Source: Rhodoferax sp. (GTDB lineage Bacteria > Pseudomonadota > Gammaproteobacteria > Burkholderiales > Burkholderiaceae_C). From it: a stretch of DNA of 38,058 nt. The position numbers were made by a program, and so were the translations under genes. A model generated the notes under the pieces. It was not told the origin of the DNA. It saw only the letters and a list, made by a program, of their open reading frames with translations, and made no database searches. This document shows positions 1 to 7,995 of the stretch, piece by piece. Where the stretch lies: NCBI GenBank assembly GCA_017880985.1, contig JADGRK010000001.1, positions 1 through 38,058 on the forward strand. The letters run 5' to 3'. The stretch's first letter is position 1. Each line of letters begins with the position of its first letter.

Positions 1-124
1 ATGACGCAATTCACGTGAAAAATACCAGTTCGGCATTGTTGCGTTGGGATGATTTTCAGTTTGGCCAATGCGATTGAGCGAACCTAAACCCTATAGACAA
101 TCAATTTTTTAATGGAGACAAGAC

Positions 125-1480
125 ATGAAAAAAGAAGTTAACGAAATCCCCCGGCGCAGCTTTATCAAGCTGAGTGGTGCCGTTGCGTCACTGGCGGCGG
201 GAAGCATGGTCAGCCAGACGGCTCAAGCGGCCGATGCGCCAAAAAATCACATGATCGGCGCCGGAGTCGCAGCTGATTTGCCCAAGGCCAAGGGCCCACG
301 CCTGGTGGTGGTGGGTGGCGGTGCTTCCGGGCTGACTATCGCCAAGTACGCCAAGAAAGAATATCCAAAATTCGACGTGGTCATGGTCGAGAAACGCGAC
401 ATGTACTCGTCCTGTTTTTTAAGCAATCTGTTGTACTCCAACGTGATCAACCTGGAGTTTCTGGCCGACCATAGCTTTCTGGACGCGGCAAAAAACAACA
501 AGTACACTTTCTTCAACGCAACCTGCATCGGACTCGATCGCAGCGCGCGCAAGCTCTACACTGACCAAGGCGAAATTGCTTATGATTTTCTCGTGATCGC
601 ACCGGGCATCAGCTACGATTATTCCCGGATTGGTGTCAAGGACGCGGAAACAGAAACTGCGTTGCGCACGCAGTATCCAGCCGGCTTTACCATGCCCACT
701 GAACATATATCGATTCGCAAGAAAGTCCATGAATTCGAGAGCGGCACGTTCGTCCTGAATGTGCCTGGCGGCAATTACCGCTGTTTGCCGGCGCCCTACG
801 AGCGCGCCTGCATGATTGCCTCCTACTTCAAGAAAAACAAGATCAAAGCGAAAGTTCTGCTGCTGGACCACAATCCCGAAATTACCATCAAAGCCAAGGG
901 CTTCCATGCCGCTTTTAATGAGCTGTACAAGGACTACATCATTTACAAGCCATCGATCGAGATCAAGGGCGTGGATCTCGAAAAACGTCTGATCAAGACT
1001 GATTTTGACAGCTTTGGTTTTGATGATGCCGCCATCTATCCGGGGATTCGCGCCTCAAGGTTAATAGAGCAATTGGGACTTGTCGATCCAAAAAGTCTGC
1101 AAAAAGAAGCACTGATTGACACGCTCAAATACAACGTGATTGGTGACGAGCGCGTGTATGTAACCGGGGATTCGCGGCCACATCCTTACTCCAAGAGCGC
1201 CAATACCTCCAATACCGAAGGGAAGTATGTCGCGAAAGTGCTCGCAGCGCGGGCTCAGGGCAAGGATATCGACTGGTATAGCCCGGAAACCATCTGTTTT
1301 TCGCTGGTCAATGCCGATCCACTAGAGGGTATTTCCGTCGATGCAACCTATGCCTACGATGCAAAAACAAAGGCTTTCTCGTTCTCCAAAGATACCAAGA
1401 TGTTCGAGGATCGCGATCAGGTCAAAGGGCGCGGCACATTGTCTTGGGCAGAAGCCCTACACCGGGATCTTTTTGCGTAA
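125..1480 (+). CDS. fccB: Flavocytochrome c sulfide dehydrogenase flavoprotein subunit (FccB/SoxF-like), Tat-exported
   Basis: Tat signal RRSFIK; Rossmann VVVGGGASG; YSSCFLSN and YRCLPAPYERA motifs; C-terminal Cys (TICFS); RBS GGAG at ~114-117. Confidence 0.85.
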   Translation: MKKEVNEIPRRSFIKLSGAVASLAAGSMVSQTAQAADAPKNHMIGAGVAADLPKAKGPRLVVVGGGASGLTIAKYAKKEYPKFDVVMVEKRDMYSSCFLSNLLYSNVINLEFLADHSFLDAAKNNKYTFFNATCIGLDRSARKLYTDQGEIAYDFLVIAPGISYDYSRIGVKDAETETALRTQYPAGFTMPTEHISIRKKVHEFESGTFVLNVPGGNYRCLPAPYERACMIASYFKKNKIKAKVLLLDHNPEITIKAKGFHAAFNELYKDYIIYKPSIEIKGVDLEKRLIKTDFDSFGFDDAAIYPGIRASRLIEQLGLVDPKSLQKEALIDTLKYNVIGDERVYVTGDSRPHPYSKSANTSNTEGKYVAKVLAARAQGKDIDWYSPETICFSLVNADPLEGISVDATYAYDAKTKAFSFSKDTKMFEDRDQVKGRGTLSWAEALHRDLFA

Positions 1481-1492
1481 CACCCATGCATC

Positions 1493-1510
1493 GAGGGGGC
1501 AACCCCCCTC
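1493..1510 (+). other. Intergenic GC-rich hairpin (gaggggg-caac-ccccctc)
   Basis: 7-bp perfect stem, extendable by flanking tgcat/atgca; no U-tract, so more likely an mRNA stability/processing hairpin than a terminator. Confidence 0.5.
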
Positions 1511-1532
1511 TTGAATGCACCAGGAGAAAAAC

Positions 1533-2246
1533 ATGGATCGACGGCGTTTAATCAAAATTTGCAGCGTAACGGCTGCGCTTGCGGGGATTCGAGGGGGGGC
1601 GCTTGGCTCAGCCAATGCGGCCGAGCTTAAAGAATACAAGCGCGTGAAGCTGGTGGACGACAAGGGTCAGGCGATCAAAATCAAGACCCTGTCCACCAAG
1701 GAGGCGTATATTTTTCACTACCCCTACAAGGGCACGCCGTGTTTCCTGATCAATCTCCCAAACAAGGCGGTGGCTGGAGAAAAATTGACCACAGACGACG
1801 GGGAATACACTTGGGAAGGTGGCGTCGGCCCCGAAAGTCGTGTGGTGGCTCTGACCGCGATTTGCGCCCATCAACTGGCCTATCCGACCCGTGAGCACAC
1901 CTCGATTAGCTATTACCCACCCGGCGAAAATCCAGACCCGCAAAGAGCGGGTCAGATCGTGTGTTGCGAGCACGCCAGGGTTTTTGACCCGGCGCACGGC
2001 GGCAAGATGATCGCCCACAACAAAGTGACTCAGCCCTTGGCCGCAATTCGGCTGGAATACGACCCGGGCAAGGACGAGTTGTACGCATCAGGTGTGTATG
2101 GTGCCGAGCGCTTCGACGACTTCTTCAAAGCCTATAAGCAGGAGCTGATCAAAGAATATGGCCCAGGAGTCGCCAAAGAGGAAGCCGTCGATAGCGCCGC
2201 AGTCGTATTGCTATCAAAGTATTCAGCAATTCGGGATATGTGTTAG
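1533..2246 (+). CDS. Tat-exported Rieske-type [2Fe-2S] protein
   Basis: Start moved to ATG 1533 (AGGAG at 1522-1526); Tat motif DRRRLIK...ANA; Rieske boxes AICAHQ (CxH) and CCEH (CxxH) followed by FDP. Confidence 0.75.
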   Translation: MDRRRLIKICSVTAALAGIRGGALGSANAAELKEYKRVKLVDDKGQAIKIKTLSTKEAYIFHYPYKGTPCFLINLPNKAVAGEKLTTDDGEYTWEGGVGPESRVVALTAICAHQLAYPTREHTSISYYPPGENPDPQRAGQIVCCEHARVFDPAHGGKMIAHNKVTQPLAAIRLEYDPGKDELYASGVYGAERFDDFFKAYKQELIKEYGPGVAKEEAVDSAAVVLLSKYSAIRDMC

Positions 2247-2385
2247 CTTGCCGGCTTCTGCGGAAGCCGCAGCGCAATCGTGTTCCTGTGGATTCGGTGA
2301 TGGAGCAGGCTATTTAAGTCTATCGTTTGCGCCAAAAACAAACTTGCGGGGACAATTGATTGCGTGTTTCGCCTTTTTGAATCCG

Positions 2386-2763
2386 ATGGAACTGATATAC
2401 GACATCGACGAGACCAACTTTGACGAGCGGGTGCTTGCCCGTTCGGATGAAGTACCCGTGCTGCTGGACATTGGCGCCGAATGGTGTAGCCCATGTCGGG
2501 TGTTAGGGCCGATGTTGGATCAACTGGTCAGGCAATACGACGGCAAATTCTTGCTGGCAAAGGTCGATGCTGACGAAAACATGCGCATCGCCGGTCGGCA
2601 TCAGGCAAAAGGTTTCCCGACGGTGATTGCCTACAGCCACGGCCAAGCCGTTGACCGATTTCACGGCATGCAAACTGAAGGCTTTCTGCGCCGTTTTCTG
2701 GACAAGCTGATTGCGCTGCATGCGGCCAAACCCGATCTCGGCACGCTAGATATGACCGACTGA
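2386..2763 (+). CDS. Thioredoxin family protein
   Basis: WCSPC active site, KVDADEN and cis-Pro GFPT; start moved to ATG 2386 (MELIYDIDETNF). Confidence 0.85.
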   Translation: MELIYDIDETNFDERVLARSDEVPVLLDIGAEWCSPCRVLGPMLDQLVRQYDGKFLLAKVDADENMRIAGRHQAKGFPTVIAYSHGQAVDRFHGMQTEGFLRRFLDKLIALHAAKPDLGTLDMTD

Positions 2764-2801
2764 AAAGTCACCCGAACCAACACCAACATGAGGTACTTAC
2801 G

Positions 2802-3095
2802 ATGAACTTGCCAGAACGCGACGGCGATGGTTACCTGACCGACATGGGCACGTGGACTGAAGAGGTGGGTCGCGCCATGGCTCAGGCTGACGGGTACGAC
2901 CTTGATGATGTCAAGTGGTCGCAAATCTTGAAGGCCCGCGCCTACTACGAAGAGTTTGGCAGCGTTCCCCCGATTAGAAAATTTGCAAAATACCTGGGGG
3001 AAGACCAAACCAAAGTGTTCAAACTCTGGATGACGGGCCCGATGAAGCCCATCACCAAGTACGGTGGTCTTCCAAAGCCGACGGGCTGCGTTTAG
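2802..3095 (+). CDS. TusE/DsrC-family sulfur relay protein with only the penultimate Cys
   Basis: DGDGYL..W N-terminus; GLPKPTGCV C-terminus; the second (CysB) position is not Cys; RBS GAGG. Confidence 0.85.
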   Translation: MNLPERDGDGYLTDMGTWTEEVGRAMAQADGYDLDDVKWSQILKARAYYEEFGSVPPIRKFAKYLGEDQTKVFKLWMTGPMKPITKYGGLPKPTGCV

Positions 3096-3110
3096 CGTCG
3101 ATGCCCGCTG

Positions 3111-3494
3111 TCAGATGTAGTGTTTGGATGCCCGTCGCCGCCCTGGCAACGCTTTTTGAATGATGACACCGCGCACAGCTGCCAGATCGGGAATCGGTGC
3201 ATCGGCAAAAGCCGGGTTCAGTGGGTGCAACACCCAGCCGATGGTGGCGCGCAGCAGTTGCCTGAAAGTCCATTCCTCTTGATGCCAAGCCAGCACGTAG
3301 GAACCGTCTTTGGTTAAGCCCTCCGGCTCGATGATGATGATTTCACCTTCCAGAAACTCTGGAGCCATGCTGTGTCCAAGCACCATCAGCGCAAAAGACT
3401 CGCCGCCTGCACAGTCGGGCAGCAGCGTGCCGGGTGCCGGGTTTGACGCATCGGCATAGGCGGCTGCGGCGGGGATGGAACTTGGTGGATGCAT
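3111..3494 (-). CDS. Stand-alone S24 (LexA/UmuD-type) peptidase-like domain
   Basis: FALMVLGHSMAPEFLEGEIIIIEP and LHPLNPAF motifs; no N-terminal HTH. Confidence 0.75.
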   Translation of the reverse strand: MHPPSSIPAAAAYADASNPAPGTLLPDCAGGESFALMVLGHSMAPEFLEGEIIIIEPEGLTKDGSYVLAWHQEEWTFRQLLRATIGWVLHPLNPAFADAPIPDLAAVRGVIIQKALPGRRRASKHYI

Positions 3495-3521
3495 GTCTGA
3501 TCGGTCCTCAGGGGCAACAAA

Positions 3522-4997
3522 TCACAGCACCAGGGTAAAAATTTGGGCTGCTGCCACGCCTGACGAACGCAAGTCTTCATGCAATGTGCGGATGAAGTCG
3601 GCAGGCCCAGCCAAATAAAAGTCGCAATCAATGCCAAACAGGTCAGCTCGCATCGCCTGCGCAATCTGCCACGCGCCCAGCGAGGCATCCGCTTGCGTCA
3701 CCAATTCATATTCAAACTGGTCCAATGCCTCAGACCAGGCTCGGCATTGGTTGCTGAAAAAATGACCGTCGCTGCGCGTCGCGAGCCAGAAAAGCGAAAG
3801 AGAAGGTGCATCATCGAGCGACAGGGCCTGCTCGATCAAGCTTTTGACGGGTCCAAAACCACCGTCACAGGCCGCAAATACCAAGGGTCGATGCCCGCCT
3901 GCCAACACAAATTCACCTGTCGGTCCCAAGACGGTGACGATTGTTCCGGGTTGAATGTCGCCATCAAACAAGCACCGGGCAAACCCATCAGCCTCATCCC
4001 GGCTAACAAAAAACAGCAAATTGTGATCGTCACAGGGGCAACTGGCGATCGGGTAAATGACGTGGACATCGTCTTGCCCAGGCATTGTCCAACCCAATTG
4101 CACCGACTGACCGGCCAGAAAACGCAGTCGATGGGTACGTGGGGTCTGCAGGTGCAACAGGCGGGTGTCGGGTGCCAGCACAGTCAATGCGCGCACCCGA
4201 GTTGAAATGTGCTGCTCCGGGATGTCTTGAGGACCACTGGCTTCAAGCAACTCCAGCGTCAGTTCACTGCTGGCCGCTGTATGGCAGCACATCAGGACGT
4301 ATCCTTGGGACTTTTCGGTTTCTGACAGGGTGTAGTCGAAGTGCTGTGTCTTGGCGACCTCGCCAGAAATCACGCGAACCTTGCACATGCCACAACTGCC
4401 ATTGCCACAACCATAGTTGAGTTTGAGTCCTGAGTGCAAACCTGCCTGCAACAGATTGGCACGGCCCTCCACGGCAAACTCATGTCCACTGGGTCGCACC
4501 GTGACCTGTGCCGTCATCACCTTGAGCATATCGTCCATGACTTCCAGCATGTTGACCGAATCGGTGGCCAGCGCTTGCGCGAGCCCTTGGGTGATCTGCT
4601 GTTCCAGTGCAAGCCAATTGGCCGCACCAGGTTGTTGGGCAAGTTGTTGCCTCGCCTCTTTTTGCAGCCTGATGACCAGCGCATGGTAACGCTGCAGATG
4701 CCGGCGCACGTCGGCGAGTTCCTGACTTTGCGCAAACAAGCGTTGCGCCAACACTTCCTGGCTTGGCAACAGCCGCTCACGCACCCGTTTGCCAAAGGCT
4801 TCATCGCGAATCTTGACCACCCGCTCAAGCATCCCGGACTCTTCCAGCCGAGCATCGGGGTAGAGCCGCAGCAAGACGTCGGTTGAGACCCAGCCGTCAT
4901 TCAAAACCAAGGTGCCATCGCGCACCTGCTGCTGCAATACGCCGCGTGCCACCCCCAGTAACTGAGCGGCGCGCCAAACGCTGACTTGGTGGCTCAT
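3522..4997 (-). CDS. HTH + coiled-coil + [2Fe-2S] ferredoxin + FNR-type reductase multidomain protein
   Basis: N-terminal AAQLLGVARGVLQQQV (HTH-like); CGNGSCGMC...C ferredoxin motif; FLAGQ, GPTGEF, YLAGP reductase motifs; ATGA overlap with upstream gene. Confidence 0.75.
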   Translation of the reverse strand: MSHQVSVWRAAQLLGVARGVLQQQVRDGTLVLNDGWVSTDVLLRLYPDARLEESGMLERVVKIRDEAFGKRVRERLLPSQEVLAQRLFAQSQELADVRRHLQRYHALVIRLQKEARQQLAQQPGAANWLALEQQITQGLAQALATDSVNMLEVMDDMLKVMTAQVTVRPSGHEFAVEGRANLLQAGLHSGLKLNYGCGNGSCGMCKVRVISGEVAKTQHFDYTLSETEKSQGYVLMCCHTAASSELTLELLEASGPQDIPEQHISTRVRALTVLAPDTRLLHLQTPRTHRLRFLAGQSVQLGWTMPGQDDVHVIYPIASCPCDDHNLLFFVSRDEADGFARCLFDGDIQPGTIVTVLGPTGEFVLAGGHRPLVFAACDGGFGPVKSLIEQALSLDDAPSLSLFWLATRSDGHFFSNQCRAWSEALDQFEYELVTQADASLGAWQIAQAMRADLFGIDCDFYLAGPADFIRTLHEDLRSSGVAAAQIFTLVL

Positions 4998-5974
4998 GAT
5001 ACGCTATAGTTTAAATAGCTGCCAACGCCCGTCAAAGAATGACTACAGGCATTTTTAGCATTATTCTCAACGGCTCTGACAGAGTCCTGGACTTGCGTTG
5101 GCTTGACGATACGATCCAGATAGCGTGCGCGATACAGCAGTCGGGGCTGACTCGGATCGTCGTCGAAGCCCGCGCGGTTATGCAGCACGTTGTTACAGAC
5201 CAGTCCCATGCCGGGCTGTAGCCGCAAGCGAACGATGTGAGATGAGTCGTTTGACAATAACTGCTCAAGAAAGCCCACCGCATCCCGTGTGGCCGTATCG
5301 CCTTTCCATAGCACGCTACGGGTACGGGCCGTGTAGCGCATATGCAACTCACCAGTTTGTGCGTCCACCGAGAACACCGGTCCGGCCTGCTCAGCGCGGG
5401 CGATGCCGTCTTCGTCCAGCCGCTCCGGAATGGTCATGGCCTGCGGAGCCATCAGCGCGCGCACCCAGTCGGGATTGGCGTCTCTTATAGCGATGTACGC
5501 CATTTCATGATCCATCAAGGCAGTCTCACCGCCGTGGCTGGCCTGGCGCACGCAATGCAAGGTCATGGCCCGAATTTGGCGCGTTTCGGGGTGGTAGTAG
5601 CCGTCGGTGTGCCACTTGATAGGTCGGTTGGTGTACGGAATGAAGGCGGCGCGGTCGCCCACCGGCCTGGACACGGCAATCCGAGAGATACCGTCTTCGT
5701 CGGCCAACCAGTTGCCATCAAGCCGGTGCGAGCCCAGTTGACTGGCTAACTGCCGGGCAATATCTTTGTCTTCGGCATGAGCCGGGCTGCGGTAAATGGC
5801 CATATTGCTGCTTGCGCATCGCTCCAGCAAGGCTTGGCGCTCACGGGTCTGCAGCGCTCTTGGGTCTGCCACATCGACAATCAAATCGGATGCCTGCCGC
5901 GGCTGACACGCCAATTTGGCATCACGCCAGCGTTGGTAGGCGGTGGGGCAGGCAAGGTCAAATGGGGTGGTCAT
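4994..5974 (-). CDS. TauD/TfdA-family Fe(II)/2-oxoglutarate dioxygenase
   Basis: WHTDG (HxD) and NNVLHNR (distal His) facial triad, R..R..Y C-terminal motif. Confidence 0.8.
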   Translation of the reverse strand: MTTPFDLACPTAYQRWRDAKLACQPRQASDLIVDVADPRALQTRERQALLERCASSNMAIYRSPAHAEDKDIARQLASQLGSHRLDGNWLADEDGISRIAVSRPVGDRAAFIPYTNRPIKWHTDGYYHPETRQIRAMTLHCVRQASHGGETALMDHEMAYIAIRDANPDWVRALMAPQAMTIPERLDEDGIARAEQAGPVFSVDAQTGELHMRYTARTRSVLWKGDTATRDAVGFLEQLLSNDSSHIVRLRLQPGMGLVCNNVLHNRAGFDDDPSQPRLLYRARYLDRIVKPTQVQDSVRAVENNAKNACSHSLTGVGSYLNYSVS

Positions 5975-5988
5975 GGCGTGGCGTGAAG

Positions 5989-6597
5989 TCAGTCGCCAGA
6001 GGCACCACTGCGGGCAGCGCGGGGTGGTCTTGGCTCGGTGGATAGAACGCCGTGCATGCCGCGTTGAAGCGTCTCCAGCGCATCGGGCACTTCACTGGCC
6101 ATGATTTGATCAACCACCCAACGCTGGTCCTTTTGCGGCATGATGGCTTCAATGCGATGCCCGAAATAACGCATGAACGCAAAGTCAGGGCCGTCGGGGC
6201 CATAGTCAAAATCGGCGTAATGATCGGCCAATTGGTTGAACAAGTCGATGAATCGGTCACTGTGCGTGGGCTCACTCGCAGGCGGCACACCCAGCAGGCT
6301 GTCTTCGTTTTCCTGCAACACCTGTGCCACGCGCAGCACCAGTGCAGTCATGAATTCGGTGCGCGAAGGTGCGTCCATACGTTCATACGCCATGCGATCA
6401 AGGACCTGGATCAAAAACACCAACACCTCACCCGTAAACGCAAAGTATTGCGGCCCCACTTCAATGTCAAAACGCGCTGTTCGCATCTGCTTGAGCATGT
6501 TTTGCGCCGCACGCCAGGTGATGAAAGCCATGGCACTGGCGGTTTGCTGCGGGGTTTTGGGAGTGGTGCTCTGAAACCACTGACTCTTGATTCTCAT
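5989..6597 (-). CDS. Hypothetical protein (202 aa)
   Basis: Fills the gap in a tightly packed minus-strand operon; plausible composition; no recognised motif. Confidence 0.65.
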   Translation of the reverse strand: MRIKSQWFQSTTPKTPQQTASAMAFITWRAAQNMLKQMRTARFDIEVGPQYFAFTGEVLVFLIQVLDRMAYERMDAPSRTEFMTALVLRVAQVLQENEDSLLGVPPASEPTHSDRFIDLFNQLADHYADFDYGPDGPDFAFMRYFGHRIEAIMPQKDQRWVVDQIMASEVPDALETLQRGMHGVLSTEPRPPRAARSGASGD

Positions 6598-6610
6598 GAT
6601 TTACGATGTG

Positions 6611-6658
6611 TTGGGGACAGAGCTGGTTCGCTTCGCGTAACTGCGGTCTGTCCCGCAA
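6611..6658 (-). repeat. 48-nt dispersed hairpin element, copy A
   Basis: ttggggacagagctggttcgcttcgcgtaactgcggtctgtcccgcaa; gggacaga(6614-6621) pairs with tctgtccc(6647-6654); 44/48 identical to 32633-32680. Confidence 0.9.
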
Positions 6659-6662
6659 AGCT

Positions 6663-6992
6663 TCAATACCCGCCCTTGCCCAAGGGCTGCGGCAACGCGG
6701 CTACTTTGGGACCTTGCTTGGCTGGCCCGATGGGGAACAGGTCATAGAGATACTTGCTGTCCACCTCGGGACGAATCTCAGTCATGCCCTTGAGCATGTT
6801 GCGAAAACTGGGGGTATGGCCGTGCTCGCGGTATTGGTTACGCAGGTAGTTCACGACTTCCCAGTGCGCATCGGTCAAAGTAATGTTTTCAGCCTGTGCA
6901 ATCACCCGCACAGCTTCATCGTCATACAGCGGTTCCAGCAAAAAACCCTGTTCATCGGCTTCATATTCAGTGCCGTTAATGTTGTAGCCCAT
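6663..6992 (-). CDS. Cysteine-less DsrC/TusE homologue (RspA-type)
   Basis: DEQGFL, LTDAHWEVVNYLR and YLYDLFPIGPAKQ closely match DsrC; the protein contains no Cys and ends LPQPLGKGGY. Confidence 0.85.
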   Translation of the reverse strand: MGYNINGTEYEADEQGFLLEPLYDDEAVRVIAQAENITLTDAHWEVVNYLRNQYREHGHTPSFRNMLKGMTEIRPEVDSKYLYDLFPIGPAKQGPKVAALPQPLGKGGY

Positions 6993-7023
6993 CTAACGTC
7001 TCCATTTCAGTTAAAAAATCTGT

Positions 7024-7638
7024 TTACACCGCTGCCGCGGACTTGTGAGGTATAAAAATCCCGCAACCAAGCAGTCGATGGCGTCCGATACCCTTGTGTT
7101 GCAAGCGCAGTGATTGATCCGGTGGCAGAGCATGCAACATCAGGCTAAAAGTGTTCACGACCCCATCTGTCACGCTCAGCACTTGACGTTTGCCACAAAC
7201 CCGCTCGCCGCCAATGCCCAGTTCAGCCAGCTCGCGCTCCGCCGCTGCCATGAAAACCACTTCATTCTCACTGTCTGCGGCTACCTTGTATGCATACAAG
7301 GTCGTGTGCGGTTGCAGTTCCCGCAGGTGTGCGGTCCCGAGGTGCAGCCGCTGGCCTGCCACCATCAGGTCTAGACCGGCCAGCGTACTCAATTCTTGTG
7401 CACGCTGGGTTGGCACCCGCAGTAACAATAGCGAACGCCGGGACAGCAAAGCCGGACTGTCGCTGCCAGGCACGAGCTTGATTGGATGGATGCCGACGTG
7501 GGCATCCGTCTCTAGCCAAGGCATTTGCAGGCACAAAGTCTGCCTTAACTCGTGGGCATGGTCGCGCGCCAGATATTGCCCCTCAATTGGAAAAACGACG
7601 TCAACCGCTTCATCATCCTCATTTTGAACCTGCGTCAT
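7024..7638 (-). CDS. cas6: Orphan Cas6-family (Cas6/Cmx6-like) RAMP endoribonuclease
   Basis: C-terminal Gly-loop GIGRHRLLGCGIF (GhGxxxxxGhG); N-terminal DVVFPIEG..L..DH; GIHPI; SLRLQ..GIG; start moved to ATG 7638, 2 nt after the upstream stop. Confidence 0.8.
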   Translation of the reverse strand: MTQVQNEDDEAVDVVFPIEGQYLARDHAHELRQTLCLQMPWLETDAHVGIHPIKLVPGSDSPALLSRRSLLLLRVPTQRAQELSTLAGLDLMVAGQRLHLGTAHLRELQPHTTLYAYKVAADSENEVVFMAAAERELAELGIGGERVCGKRQVLSVTDGVVNTFSLMLHALPPDQSLRLQHKGIGRHRLLGCGIFIPHKSAAAV

Positions 7639-7640
7639 GA

Positions 7641-7874
7641 TTAATCCACCATGGGCGGTTGCGTCGGCGCTTGAGTTTGCGCCCAGCGCAGCAATGCCTC
7701 GCCCCAAAGCCGTGCCGATTGGGGGTCAATTTCAAATACAGTGAAACGGCTTTTTTCGCGAATGCGCGTACGCAGCAAGCTCATGCCACCGCCAGCGTAG
7801 TCCAATTGCTGCAATTCGATAACCTGCCCGCCCAGGGGAATGATCAATTTTTCAAGCGGCGTAATGGTGGTCAT
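7641..7874 (-). CDS. Small hypothetical protein (77 aa), first gene of the accessory operon
   Basis: Abuts cas6; beta-rich then helical pattern (LLRTRIREKSRFTVFEIDPQSARLWGEALLRWA). Confidence 0.65.
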   Translation of the reverse strand: MTTITPLEKLIIPLGGQVIELQQLDYAGGGMSLLRTRIREKSRFTVFEIDPQSARLWGEALLRWAQTQAPTQPPMVD

Positions 7875-7890
7875 AGTGCCTGTATTTTCT

Positions 7891-7913
7891 ACTATACCAA
7901 GTGCAAATTTGCA
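7891..7913 (-). promoter_or_regulatory. Candidate extended -10 promoter (TGG-TATAGT) with adjacent 12-bp palindrome TGCAAATTTGCA
   Basis: Minus strand reads ttgcacttggTATAGT just upstream of ATG 7874; perfect palindrome at 7902-7913; no -35 at canonical spacing. Confidence 0.35.
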
Positions 7914-7995
7914 ACTGTGTCGGATTCATGCGGGTAGTGCGTCAAGCAAACTGCCCCAACCAGTATTGGGCGCAATCAAAGGCGGTGCCGTCTAT

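Noticed and set aside
2252-2272. Overlapping hairpins after the Rieske gene as a terminator
   Set aside because: Stems exist (cggcttc/gaagccg and ctgcgg/ccgcag) but there is no U-tract; function unsupported.
2344-2355. ttgcggggacaa as another arm of the 48-nt element
   Set aside because: Short, needs a gap, and has no partner arm.
6594-6665. SECIS-type UGA read-through (hairpin directly after TGA stops)
   Set aside because: Read-through adds only 22 non-conserved-looking codons without fusing to the next gene; the DsrA and HdrC ends are also normal, and no sel genes are in the window.
7639-7707. N-terminal extension of cas6 in the ORF track (similar extensions for dsrF, dsrM, dsrL, hdrC, qmoB and thioredoxin)
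   Set aside because: They overlap neighbouring genes; downstream starts have better RBS or coupling and match family N-termini.
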